A stretch of 46,937 bases of DNA from Wenzhouxiangella sp. (GTDB lineage: Bacteria; Pseudomonadota; Gammaproteobacteria; Xanthomonadales; Wenzhouxiangellaceae), in assembly GCA_007119095.1 (NCBI GenBank), contig SKQI01000010.1:1-46937 (forward strand), in the 5' to 3' direction. Under the pieces are notes generated by a model. The model was not told the origin of the DNA and did not search any database. It saw only the letters and a list, made by a program, of their open reading frames with translations. The position numbers and the translations under genes were made by a program. This document shows positions 9,243 to 18,828 of the stretch, in pieces (the first letter of the stretch is position 1; each line of letters starts with the position of its first letter).

Positions 9243-11777
9243 TCAGTCTTTCTTTTCACCATCTTCAGACAGGCGGTAGATGCCGCTGCTTTCCTTTACC
9301 GGTCGCGGGCCGGCATCCTGGCGATCATCCTCAGATGGCTTCTTTGGCGCATTGTCCTGCTTGCCAGTATCTGCTTTGACCGGGGATGATTTCGCTTCCG
9401 ACGACGACTGAGTAGCGGGGTTTTCGCGGGTCGCTGGCTCAGCTGCCTTGGCGGCTGGCTTGTCCTTGGGCGGCTCCGGTGCCTGGTCGGGCTTGCTGTC
9501 TGGCCCCGGATTCGCCTGAACGTGTTGCTTTTTGTCGTCGTTGCCGGGCTTCTGCGACTCGGACTTGGCTCGGTCGTTTGGCTGCTGATCGGTTGCGGGT
9601 TGTGTTTCTGGTTTCTTTTGGCCGGCCTGTGCATCCGAGGTGCCGTTCCCGGCGGCGGCAGCCTTGTCGGAAACGTTTTCTGGTTTCCGGTTTTCGTTGC
9701 CTTTCTGATCCTGTCGGCTGGCGTCTGCAGAGTCTTGCTTGTCTGGCCCAGCTTCCCGAGCTGACTGGTTCCGGTTGTCACCATCACGCGCTGATCGGCG
9801 CTTCTTGCCGCCGCGGCGGCGTCGTTTTTTCTTTTTCTTGGGCCGATTGTCATCGGTGCTGGTATTGTCTGGACGATTGTCGGCGGCTCGATTGCCGGAA
9901 TCATCGTCCTTGCGCCGAGTTTTCTTTTTCTTTTTGCGAGTTGGCCCGCCGCGCGCATTGTTGTCACCGCTTTGCTGATCGTCGCTCTTGACGCGTTTGC
10001 GGTGGTGGTCTTTGGAGAACTGCCCCTTGCGAGAGGAGCCGGCCTTGGACGATTTGGGCGAGCGCTTGTCATCGCTGGCGCCTGAGCCGAACAGGGTTGC
10101 GAACCAGCCCTTGATGATGTCGGTCAGGCTGCGCTTTTTCCGCTCGGGGGCCGGAGCAGTGGGGCGGACGCCGGATACAGCGGCCTGAGTCTCGGGTTTT
10201 GGAGGCGGCTGCTGGGTTTCCTGTCGCTGATAGCCGCCCTGGCTGTCACTGTCCTCTGTGCTGGTCAGTGCATAGCTGGGTTCGTCCACGCTTTCATTGT
10301 GCCGCAGACGCTGAACTTCGAAGCGTGGGGTTTCCAGCCCGTCATTAGCCACGATCGTGATCGGCAGCTTATTGCGCTGCTCAATTTCTGCCAGGGCCGT
10401 CCGCTTTTCATTGAGCAGGAAATTGGCCACGTTGACCGGCGCCTGAACAATGACCCTTGAGGTGTGATCCTTCATGGCCTCTTCTTCGGCCAGGCGGAGG
10501 ATGGACAGGGCCAGCGATTCAATGGAACGAATCGAGCCATGGCCGTCGCAGCGCGGGCAGGTGACGTAGCTCGATTCGCCCAGCGACGGGCGCAGCCGCT
10601 GGCGCGACATTTCGAGCAGCCCAAATCGAGAAATCCTGCCGATTTGCACGCGGGCCTTGTCCATGCGCATGGCTTCGCGCAGCCGCGTCTCAACCTGGCG
10701 CTGCGCATCCTTGCTCATCATGTCAATGAAGTCGATCACTACCAGCCCACCCAGATCGCGGACGCGAAGTTGGCGGGCGATCTCGTCGGCGGCCTCCAGG
10801 TTCGTCTGCAGGGCAGTCTCCTCGATGTCCGCGCCTTTGGTGGCTCGTGCCGAGTTGATATCAATGGATAGCAGGGCTTCTGTGTGGTCGATCACCACGG
10901 CGCCTCCGGAAGGCAGCCGCACCTCTCGAGCAAATGCAGATTCGATCTGGCTTTCAATCTGGTAGCGGGAAAACAGCGGGATGGGGTCGCGATACAGCTT
11001 GAGCTTGCGCAGGTTATGCGGCATGACCTGCTGCATGAACTCCCTGGCATCCTCGAATACCTGCTCATCGTCGATCAGGATTTCACCAATGTCTTCGCGC
11101 AGATAATCTCGCAGCGCGCGAATGATCAGCTTGCTCTCCTGGTAGACCAGAAAAGGCGCCTTGCGCGACCCCGAGGCCTCCTGGATGGCGCTCCACAGTT
11201 GGGTCAGATAGTCCAGATCCCACTGCAGGTCTTCCTGTTCTCGCCCAACACCCGCAGTACGAACGATCAGCCCCATGCCATCCGGGACATTGATCTTCTT
11301 CAAGGTGTCCAGCAGTTCCTTTCGATCGTCTCGCGAGATCTGCCGGGAAACCCCGCCGGCGCGCGGATTGTTGGGCATCAGGACCAGATAGCGTCCCGCC
11401 AGGCTGATGAACGTGGTCAGGGCCGCACCCTTGGTGCCGCGCTCTTCCTTGTCCACCTGGATAATGACTTCCTGGCCGGCCTTGATCGCTTCCTTGATGT
11501 CGACGCGATTGCCGGAGTCCAGCTGCTTTTGCCCCTCTTCGCTGAAGTACTCGCGACTGATTTCCTTCAATGACAGGAAACCATGACGCTCGGAGCCGAA
11601 CTCCACGAAGCAGGCATCGAGGCTTGGTTCGACCCGGGTGATGCGCCCCTTGTAGATGTTTGATTTCTTTTGTTCCTGGGCAGGTACCTCGATATCGAGA
11701 TCCAGTAGTGACTGGCCATCAGCGATTGCGACACGAACCTCTTCCGGCTGGGTCGCGTTAATCAGCATGCGTTTCAT
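9243..11777 (-). CDS. rne: ribonuclease E
   Basis: [18 protein letters not shown]1 region, [28 protein letters not shown] Zn-link; disordered C-terminal half. Confidence 0.97.
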   Translation of the reverse strand: MKRMLINATQPEEVRVAIADGQSLLDLDIEVPAQEQKKSNIYKGRITRVEPSLDACFVEFGSERHGFLSLKEISREYFSEEGQKQLDSGNRVDIKEAIKAGQEVIIQVDKEERGTKGAALTTFISLAGRYLVLMPNNPRAGGVSRQISRDDRKELLDTLKKINVPDGMGLIVRTAGVGREQEDLQWDLDYLTQLWSAIQEASGSRKAPFLVYQESKLIIRALRDYLREDIGEILIDDEQVFEDAREFMQQVMPHNLRKLKLYRDPIPLFSRYQIESQIESAFAREVRLPSGGAVVIDHTEALLSIDINSARATKGADIEETALQTNLEAADEIARQLRVRDLGGLVVIDFIDMMSKDAQRQVETRLREAMRMDKARVQIGRISRFGLLEMSRQRLRPSLGESSYVTCPRCDGHGSIRSIESLALSILRLAEEEAMKDHTSRVIVQAPVNVANFLLNEKRTALAEIEQRNKLPITIVANDGLETPRFEVQRLRHNESVDEPSYALTSTEDSDSQGGYQRQETQQPPPKPETQAAVSGVRPTAPAPERKKRSLTDIIKGWFATLFGSGASDDKRSPKSSKAGSSRKGQFSKDHHRKRVKSDDQQSGDNNARGGPTRKKKKKTRRKDDDSGNRAADNRPDNTSTDDNRPKKKKKRRRRGGKKRRSARDGDNRNQSAREAGPDKQDSADASRQDQKGNENRKPENVSDKAAAAGNGTSDAQAGQKKPETQPATDQQPNDRAKSESQKPGNDDKKQHVQANPGPDSKPDQAPEPPKDKPAAKAAEPATRENPATQSSSEAKSSPVKADTGKQDNAPKKPSEDDRQDAGPRPVKESSGIYRLSEDGEKKD

Positions 11778-12410
11778 TGTCGATGTTCCTCTCGCGCCCC
11801 GGTCCTGTTCTCAAGGACTTGCAGAGGATGCCATCGACCGAGCGAATGACTGCTCGCACGATCTATTGAATGCAGACCGGCCGATAGTCGGATCGGCAAG
11901 CTCGTGCTCGGTCGGGCCTGCGCTTGCTGCGCTCAGGCGTTCCGCTTCGTCTGCAGCTTCATCATCGACGCTGTCCGAGCTTGAAGCAATCGGATAGTCA
12001 TCTGGCATCCATTTCCGGCCTATCAAGCTTTATGCGTACCGGAAGCGCGTATATTTTTTTGGTTGTCTGGCGAGCACCTTCTGGGGCCCGCCTGTTCTAG
12101 GTCACGGGATTCTCATTGGTCTGAACGGCAAGCGCGTGCCTTCGACCCCGGCTGAATATTCCCTGCGACCCGCTTGTTTGTTCAGCATGGCTTCGAGCCT
12201 GTAGGCCCAAACCATGCGGCAAAGCTTCGGTGTTGCGGTGTTCCTGAAGCGCCCGATCATCGCCGGCCATGTTCTCGGCATTGATGCTTTTGGTCACCGA
12301 GTGTCTACCCAGTGTGGCAACATGATGGGTCGGCAATCGGGAAAACGGGCTGACATTCACGGTCGCGATACTGACATGGTTCGCAACCTGACGCCTGGAA
12401 TCACCCCAAC
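11778..12410 (-). promoter_or_regulatory. putative long structured 5' leader of rne
   Basis: ~760-bp region between rne and rluC without a convincing gene; nested helices (e.g. 11826-33/12003-10, 11835-43/11906-14); TGcTAGTAT extended -10 on the - strand at 12417-12425. Confidence 0.5.
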
Positions 12411-12535
12411 CGCAATATACTAGCATTGAAATCGGAGATTTGAAACCTCGATCTAGTATCCTTGTGCGCTGCAAAATGTGCTTGGGGCGGGGCGTTGGGT
12501 TGTCGAGTCGAATAACACAACATTCAGAGGTGGCA

Positions 12536-13477
12536 ATGACGGATCGCGTGTCCGGGGCCAAAGTGCGCTACGTCAAGGTGGCGGCCGATCGGGCCGGTCA
12601 ACGTCTTGATAACTTCCTGCTGGGCCAGCTTGGCGGCGTGCCGCGTAGCCTGGTGTATCGGCTGGTCCGAACCGGACAGGTGCGCGTCAACGGCTCCCGT
12701 GCAAAACCCATGCAAAAACTTCGGACAGGAGATGAGATCCGCATCCCGCCGGTCGCCACTGATGCCCCGCAGCATCGCCAGGTGCCCGACAGCCTGGTCG
12801 AAAGCATTCGTCAAAAGATCATCCATCAGGATCGGGATATCGTCGTCATTGACAAGCCGGCGGGTTTGGCCGTGCATGGCGGCTCTGGTCTAAGTTTTGG
12901 ATTGATGGACGCGATCAACGTCTTGGACAAGTCCTGGAAGCCTGTCCACCGCCTGGATCGGCCCACCAGTGGTCTGCTGCTGCTGGGCTGTCATCACCAG
13001 GCGGTGGTGCAGTTGCAGCGCGCTTTCGCCGAGCGTCAGGTTGAAAAGCGATACCTGACCCTGTTGCGCGGCGAGCTGCCAGAGGACCGGCTTCGCGTCG
13101 ATGTGCCGTTGAAGAAAATTCGCGATGGCAGCGGTCAGCGGCGCGTCATTGCCGCCGATGATGGGCAAACTGCCGTGTCCGAATTCCGGTGCCTGGAGCG
13201 CTTGCCCGGCTTCAGTTTTGCCGAGGTTCAGATTGAAACCGGACGCACTCACCAGATTCGGGCACACGCGCGCTTCATTGGGCACCCCGTGGCGGGTGAC
13301 GAGCGCTACGATGATGCTCCGGGTCCGGCGGGCTTGAAACGCCTGTTTTTGCATGCGCACTTCCTGCGCCTGCGCTGGCCTGAGGATCGTGTCTTCTCAG
13401 CGCCGTTGCCGATTGAACTTGGGCAACTTGTCGAGCGTCTGAGGGAGGGCCAGCAACCGCCCACCCAGCAAAACTAG
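12536..13477 (+). CDS. rluC: 23S rRNA pseudouridine synthase RluC (RluA family with S4 domain)
   Basis: GQRLDNFL, DKPAGLAVHGGSG, VHRLDRPTSG, TGRTHQIR, RLFLHA; GAGG SD before ATG 12536; divergent from rne. Confidence 0.92.
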   Translation: MTDRVSGAKVRYVKVAADRAGQRLDNFLLGQLGGVPRSLVYRLVRTGQVRVNGSRAKPMQKLRTGDEIRIPPVATDAPQHRQVPDSLVESIRQKIIHQDRDIVVIDKPAGLAVHGGSGLSFGLMDAINVLDKSWKPVHRLDRPTSGLLLLGCHHQAVVQLQRAFAERQVEKRYLTLLRGELPEDRLRVDVPLKKIRDGSGQRRVIAADDGQTAVSEFRCLERLPGFSFAEVQIETGRTHQIRAHARFIGHPVAGDERYDDAPGPAGLKRLFLHAHFLRLRWPEDRVFSAPLPIELGQLVERLREGQQPPTQQN

Positions 13478-13496
13478 CCAAGGAACTTCCGACCTC

Positions 13497-14744
13497 ATGT
13501 ATCAGCCCCTACCATTGTTTGTCGGCCTGCGGTATTTGCGTGCAAAGCGTCGCAACCATTTCATTTCATTCATTTCTCTTATATCCATGGCCGGGATTGC
13601 CCTGGGGGTGATGACGCTGATCACGGTCATCAGCGTGATGAATGGCTTCGAGCGCGAACTGCGCGAGCGCATCCTTGGGATGATCTCGCACGCTACCATC
13701 CAGGCGCCTGACGGTCGATTCGTTGGTTGGGAAAGCGTACTTGAGCAGGCCCGTCAGCACCCGGAAGTGATTGGCGCCGCCCCTTTCGTCGAGCAGGAAA
13801 CCATGCTCAGGGCTGGATCGAGGACTTCGGGGGCACTGGTGCGCGGGGTTGACCCGGCATCCGAGCCCGAGGTTTCCGATATTCATGAGCTGATGGTGCG
13901 CGGTGCGCTCGATGATCTAGCGCCCGGGCAATGGCAAGTGTTGCTGGGCGTCGGCCTTGCCAATCGCCTGGGCGTGGGCCCGGGCGATTCGATCACCATC
14001 TTTGCGCCGGAAATTCGTACCACGCCGGCCGGGGTCGTGCCACAGGTACGGCGCTTCGTTGTCGGTGGCTTGTTCGAGGCCGGTGTCCATGAATATGACA
14101 CCGCGCTGGCGGTCATTCATTACCAGGATGCTCAGCGCCTGTTTCGCCTCGAAGGCAACATCGGTGGTATTCGCCTGAAGCTGACTGACATGATGCGCGC
14201 CCAGCGGGTTGCACGCGAGTTAAGTGCTGAACTGCCTGGTTTCTTTCGGGTGCGCGACTGGACCCAACAGCACGCCAATTTCTTTCGTGCCGTTCAAACC
14301 GAGAAAACGGTGATGTTCATCATCCTCTCTTTGATCATTGCCGTGGCGGCCTTCAATATCATTTCAACGCTGGTCATGGTGGTCACCGACAAGCAGGCCG
14401 ACATCGCCATTCTCAAAACCATGGGGTTGGGCCCACGCCGAATCATGGGGATATTCATGATCCAGGGATCTTTGATTGGCGTGCTTGGCACGATTCTGGG
14501 CGTGATTCTGGGCATCATCCTGGCCCTGAACGTTGAGTCGGTCGTGGGCGCGGTGGAGCGCCTGCTTAGTATCGAGTTCCTGTCGGCCGAGGTCTATTAC
14601 ATCTCCGATCTGCCGTCAGAGCTTCGGGCCGGCGACGTCACTCGTTTTGCGCTGGTAGCGCTTGCCTTGTCCTTGCTGTCGACCATTTATCCGGCCTGGC
14701 GGGCCGCAAAAACGGAACCCGTGGAGGCCTTGCGTTATGAGTGA
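13497..14744 (+). CDS. lolC: lipoprotein-releasing ABC transporter permease LolC/E
   Basis: [50 protein letters not shown]; single permease (LolF-like arrangement). Confidence 0.92.
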   Translation: MYQPLPLFVGLRYLRAKRRNHFISFISLISMAGIALGVMTLITVISVMNGFERELRERILGMISHATIQAPDGRFVGWESVLEQARQHPEVIGAAPFVEQETMLRAGSRTSGALVRGVDPASEPEVSDIHELMVRGALDDLAPGQWQVLLGVGLANRLGVGPGDSITIFAPEIRTTPAGVVPQVRRFVVGGLFEAGVHEYDTALAVIHYQDAQRLFRLEGNIGGIRLKLTDMMRAQRVARELSAELPGFFRVRDWTQQHANFFRAVQTEKTVMFIILSLIIAVAAFNIISTLVMVVTDKQADIAILKTMGLGPRRIMGIFMIQGSLIGVLGTILGVILGIILALNVESVVGAVERLLSIEFLSAEVYYISDLPSELRAGDVTRFALVALALSLLSTIYPAWRAAKTEPVEALRYE

Positions 14745-15423
14745 ACAGGTAGTTATTCGTTGTCGAGGCCTGGTGCGGCGATTTGTCCAGGGCGAGACGG
14801 TCTTGCCGGTGCTCAACGGCGTCGACTTTGATGTCATGCCCGGGGAAAGCGTGGCCATACTGGGCGCATCCGGGGTGGGGAAGAGTACCTTGCTGCACAT
14901 TCTTGGCGGACTTGATCGGCCCACGGAAGGGCTGGTCGAAATCGAGGGCCAGAACATGGCTGCCGGCAATGAACGCAGTCGAGCCCGCATTCGCAATCGT
15001 TCGCTCGGCTTTGTCTACCAGTTTCATCATTTGCTGCCGGAATTCACCGCCCTGGAAAATGTGGCCATGCCACTGTTGATCCGGGGGGAGCCAGCCCCAT
15101 CGGCGCAAGCTGCAGCCGAGGCCCTGTTGGGGCGGGTTGGCCTCGGCGAGCGGCTGCATCACAAGCCCGGCGAGCTGTCGGGCGGAGAGCGTCAGCGAGC
15201 GGCAGTCGCCCGGGCCTTGATCAATCGGCCCGCCTGCGTGCTCGGCGATGAGCCGACCGGCAATCTGGATGAGCGCAATGCCGCATCGGTCTATGACCTG
15301 ATGCTCGAGCTCAACCAGGAAATGAAAACTTCGATCGTCCTGGTCACGCACGATCCGCGGCTGGCGCGTCGTCTGGATCGACGCCTGGAAATGACCGGTG
15401 GTCTGTTGCACTCCATAGCCTGA
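14737..15423 (+). CDS. lolD: lipoprotein-releasing ABC transporter ATPase
   Basis: [44 protein letters not shown]; overlaps the permease stop. Confidence 0.95.
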   Translation: MSEQVVIRCRGLVRRFVQGETVLPVLNGVDFDVMPGESVAILGASGVGKSTLLHILGGLDRPTEGLVEIEGQNMAAGNERSRARIRNRSLGFVYQFHHLLPEFTALENVAMPLLIRGEPAPSAQAAAEALLGRVGLGERLHHKPGELSGGERQRAAVARALINRPACVLGDEPTGNLDERNAASVYDLMLELNQEMKTSIVLVTHDPRLARRLDRRLEMTGGLLHSIA

Positions 15424-15431
15424 TCAGGTCG

Positions 15432-17711
15432 ATGGACTGGCGGCTGCCGTTAGCCTTTGCTGTCGGTGTGCTGCTGGCCACGCTGACGCCTGAGTTGCTG
15501 CCTTCATGGCTCAGTGGGGCATTGGTTCTGGCCGCTGCCGGCGCGCTGGTCTGGAAACGCATCCGGCTTGTTGCTCTGCTGGTTATCGGCGCGGCCTGGT
15601 TTCTGTTCCAGGCCGGAATCGCATCGGAACGCAGTTGGGATCCGGCCAACACGGGCGAGCGCCTGCTGGTCAGTGGCACGGTGGTCGGATTGCCGGAATA
15701 TCGCGGTCAGCGCGTTCGTTTCGAGTTCATTCCCGATCGTCGCCAGGCCGTTGAGTTGCCGCGGCGCCTCCAGGTGAACTGGTATCGACCCAGCGAGTAC
15801 GTTCAGCCTGGTCAACGTTGGGAGCTGCCACTGCGGTTGGACCCCTTGCATGGCCGGCTGAACCCCGGCGGATTTGATCTGCATCGCCACCTGTTGTCGC
15901 TCCGCATCGGCGGCTTGGCCAATGTGACCGGTGCGCCACATTACCTCGGCCAGTCCGTATGGCGCGGGTCAGTGGATCGACAGCGCCAGTTTCTGGGCGA
16001 AGTGCTCCAGGCCGAAACGGGGGATGCACGGGCCGCTGCCCTGACCCGGGCGCTGGCTCTGGCTGACCGGGCTGGCATGGACAACGAGCTCAATGAGCGC
16101 CTGCGCCGCACCGGGACGGCTCACTTGCTGGCCATTTCCGGGCTGCATGTGGGCATGGTGGCAGGCTTGGCAGGTTTCATCGGGGGGTGGCTATTGGCCC
16201 CCCTGGTCCTGGCCAGTTCCAGCCTGGATCGTCGGCGGCTGGCGCTGGTTTGTGCACTCGTGGCGGCGACCGCTTATGCCTTCCTGGCCGGTTTTACCCT
16301 GCCGACACAGCGCGCCTTGATCATGTTGACAGTGGCAGCCGGCGCGTTTCTGGTTCGACGAGGACTGCAGCCGGGTCATGCCCTGGTGCTGGCCCTGGCC
16401 GCCATTTTGTTGTTCGATCCGCTGGCACCCCTGGCCAGCGGTTTCTGGCTGTCGTTCGCTGCGGTGGCAGTCCTGATCTGGGCATTCGCCTGGCGACCCA
16501 ACGCCGACGGTGGCAGCACGAACTGGCTGGTCGGACTGATCAGGGCCCAGCTGGTCATTGCAATCGGCATGTTGCCGCTCAATGTCGGGGTGTTCGAGCA
16601 TATGGTGCCGCTGGCGCTGCCGGCCAATCTCGTCGCCATCCCCTTGGTCGGACTGGTCATCCTCCCTTCGCTGTTGATCAGCGTTGTTCTGATCATGCTT
16701 GACTTGCCCGCAACATGGCCCTTGTGGGTGACCGAAACCGGGCTGGTCTGGTTGCTGGGCTTTCTCGATATGCTCGATGGGCTGGATATCGGCTATCGGC
16801 AGCAGCCCGGCGCCGGGCTGCTGGCCATTGGTCTGGCTTTGATAGGTGCGCTGTGGCTGCTGGCGCCGCGCGGCTGGCCGGGACGCTGGCTGGGCGCGGC
16901 GTTGATGCTGCCACTGCTGTTTCCACGCCTTCCGGCACTGGATGCGCAGGCGCTGGAGTTGACAATGCTCGACCTCGGCAATGGTCAGGCGGTGCTGGTG
17001 CGAACGGAACAGGAAACCCTGCTGTTCGACACCGGTCCAGGCGACCGCGAGGGAAATGATGCGCTTGGCCGCACCTTGCCGGGTTTGCTGCGCGCGCTGG
17101 GCATTGATTCCCTCGATCGGCTGGTGGTCTCGCAGGATCATCGCGATCACGCTGGGGGACTCGGTAGCCTTGAATCAATGCTGGATACGCTGATCATCCA
17201 TGGTGCGCATGGCCTGGTCGGTGAAGCCTGTCTGAGCGGTCAGCGCTGGCATAGCGGGGATTGGCAGTTTCGCTTTCTGCACCCGTCTGCCGGCCTGCCC
17301 AACCTGGGCGGCACCAGTGCCTGCGTGCTGCATGTTTCCGGTCCGGGTGGTTCGCTGTTGCTGGCCGGTGGCATTGACCACAGCGTCGAATCCCGCCTGC
17401 TGATCGAGCACCCGGATTTGCACGCGGACCTGTTGCTGCTGCCGTCTGGTGGGCACCGACGCGCTGCCAGCGCCGAATTTCTGGACCAGCTGTCTCCGAC
17501 TCTGGCCCTGGCCTCCGTCTCTGCCGTGGATCGCAGTAGCCGGCCTCACCCTGAAGTAATCGACAGGCTTGATGCTGCGGGCGTGAGAGTGGTCAGTACC
17601 GCCTGGTGTGGGGCGCTGACCGTCATCCTGCAGCCAGGTCAGGCCCCCAGGCTGACGACCCAGGCCGGCTCCAGGCCGCGCTTCTGGCGTCAGGCGGACG
17701 GATGCCGGTAA
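15432..17711 (+). CDS. comEC: DNA uptake channel ComEC/Rec2
   Basis: DUF4131-like N-terminus, competence domain GTAHLLAISGLHVG, C-terminal MBL-fold domain (degenerate motifs). Confidence 0.9.
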   Translation: MDWRLPLAFAVGVLLATLTPELLPSWLSGALVLAAAGALVWKRIRLVALLVIGAAWFLFQAGIASERSWDPANTGERLLVSGTVVGLPEYRGQRVRFEFIPDRRQAVELPRRLQVNWYRPSEYVQPGQRWELPLRLDPLHGRLNPGGFDLHRHLLSLRIGGLANVTGAPHYLGQSVWRGSVDRQRQFLGEVLQAETGDARAAALTRALALADRAGMDNELNERLRRTGTAHLLAISGLHVGMVAGLAGFIGGWLLAPLVLASSSLDRRRLALVCALVAATAYAFLAGFTLPTQRALIMLTVAAGAFLVRRGLQPGHALVLALAAILLFDPLAPLASGFWLSFAAVAVLIWAFAWRPNADGGSTNWLVGLIRAQLVIAIGMLPLNVGVFEHMVPLALPANLVAIPLVGLVILPSLLISVVLIMLDLPATWPLWVTETGLVWLLGFLDMLDGLDIGYRQQPGAGLLAIGLALIGALWLLAPRGWPGRWLGAALMLPLLFPRLPALDAQALELTMLDLGNGQAVLVRTEQETLLFDTGPGDREGNDALGRTLPGLLRALGIDSLDRLVVSQDHRDHAGGLGSLESMLDTLIIHGAHGLVGEACLSGQRWHSGDWQFRFLHPSAGLPNLGGTSACVLHVSGPGGSLLLAGGIDHSVESRLLIEHPDLHADLLLLPSGGHRRAASAEFLDQLSPTLALASVSAVDRSSRPHPEVIDRLDAAGVRVVSTAWCGALTVILQPGQAPRLTTQAGSRPRFWRQADGCR

Positions 17712-17780
17712 TTGGGCTGATCCCGTGGCGAGGCCCATTCCCGGTTATCATTTCGCATTGTTTGCAACATAGAGTCAAGC

Positions 17781-18398
17781 ATGCTTGAAATCGTGATAGC
17801 AGGCGGTTGGTTGATGATGCCAATCATCCTCTGTTCGATCCTGGCAGTGGCAATCATCATCGAACGCTTCCTGGCCCTGCGCGGGCGGCGCGTGATGCCG
17901 GCTGCGGTGCCTGCGCAGGTTCGGCAATGGGCCGTACAGCATGAACTGGATGCCAAGCACATCGAGCAGCTGCGTCGTTCATCGCCGTTGGGGCGCATCC
18001 TGGCTGCGGCGCTGGACAATCGTGACCGCCCCCGCGAGATCATCAAGGAGGCCGTTGAAGACACCGGCCGGCATGTGGTTCATGAACTGGAAAGGTTTCT
18101 GAACACGCTGGGCACTATTGCCGGCATCACGCCCTTGCTGGGCTTGTTGGGCACAGTGGTCGGCATGATCAGGGTGTTCAGCGCGATCATGGTGCATGGC
18201 GTTGGTGACCCGAACGAGTTGGCCGGCGGGATTTCGGAAGCCCTGATCACCACCGCCGCTGGTCTGACCGTGGCCATTCCGGCCTACTTCTTCTACCGCT
18301 ATTTCCGGGGACTGGTCCGTAGCTACGTGGTGCAGATGGAACAGCAGGCGCTGATTCTCATGCAAGCCATTGAACGCGGCGGACGCCGTCGGACCTGA
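17781..18398 (+). CDS. MotA/TolQ/ExbB proton channel protein
   Basis: LGTIAGITPLLGLLGTVVGMI, GGISEALITTAAGLTVAIPA. Confidence 0.92.
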   Translation: MLEIVIAGGWLMMPIILCSILAVAIIIERFLALRGRRVMPAAVPAQVRQWAVQHELDAKHIEQLRRSSPLGRILAAALDNRDRPREIIKEAVEDTGRHVVHELERFLNTLGTIAGITPLLGLLGTVVGMIRVFSAIMVHGVGDPNELAGGISEALITTAAGLTVAIPAYFFYRYFRGLVRSYVVQMEQQALILMQAIERGGRRRT

Positions 18399-18402
18399 AC
18401 AA

Positions 18403-18828
18403 ATGAAGATTTACGAAGAAGACCGCGAAGAACCCGAGATCAATCTGACCTCTCTGATCGATGTGGTGTTCCTGCTGCTGATCTTTTTCATGGTCTCGAC
18501 CACTTTCGAACGACATGCCTTGCTGCGCCTGGACCTGCCGGAAGCGGCCACGGCTGAAACCGAAACCTTGCCGTCGATCATCGAGCTGATCATTACTGAC
18601 GATGGCCGTCTGTTCATCGACGACCAGATGCTGGCCGATGATCGACGCGAGACCGTCCAGGCCGGTCTGGTCCAGCGCTTTGCCGACAATCCAGACGCCA
18701 CGCTGGTGATTCGTGCCGATGCCGAGGCCCCGCATCGGCTGGTGGTGCGGGCCCTGGATGCGGCGGCAGCCGAAGGCATTCGGCGATTGACCATCGCGGC
18801 CGTGGAAGAGGGTGGGGAGGGTCCGTGA
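18403..18828 (+). CDS. ExbD/TolR family protein
   Basis: EINLTSLIDVVFLLLIFFMV with the conserved TM Asp; IRADAEAPH. Confidence 0.92.
   Translation: MKIYEEDREEPEINLTSLIDVVFLLLIFFMVSTTFERHALLRLDLPEAATAETETLPSIIELIITDDGRLFIDDQMLADDRRETVQAGLVQRFADNPDATLVIRADAEAPHRLVVRALDAAAAEGIRRLTIAAVEEGGEGP

Noticed and set aside
11811-12026. Acidic 71-aa ORF upstream of rne (possible uORF), and other ORFs in the rne-rluC gap
   Set aside because: No recognisable homology or good SD; lies within predicted RNA helices; cannot be supported without Ribo-seq or conservation
17738-17765. Possible Fur box upstream of the exbB-like gene
   Set aside because: Only about half of the 19-bp consensus matches; TATCAT is more simply a -10 element
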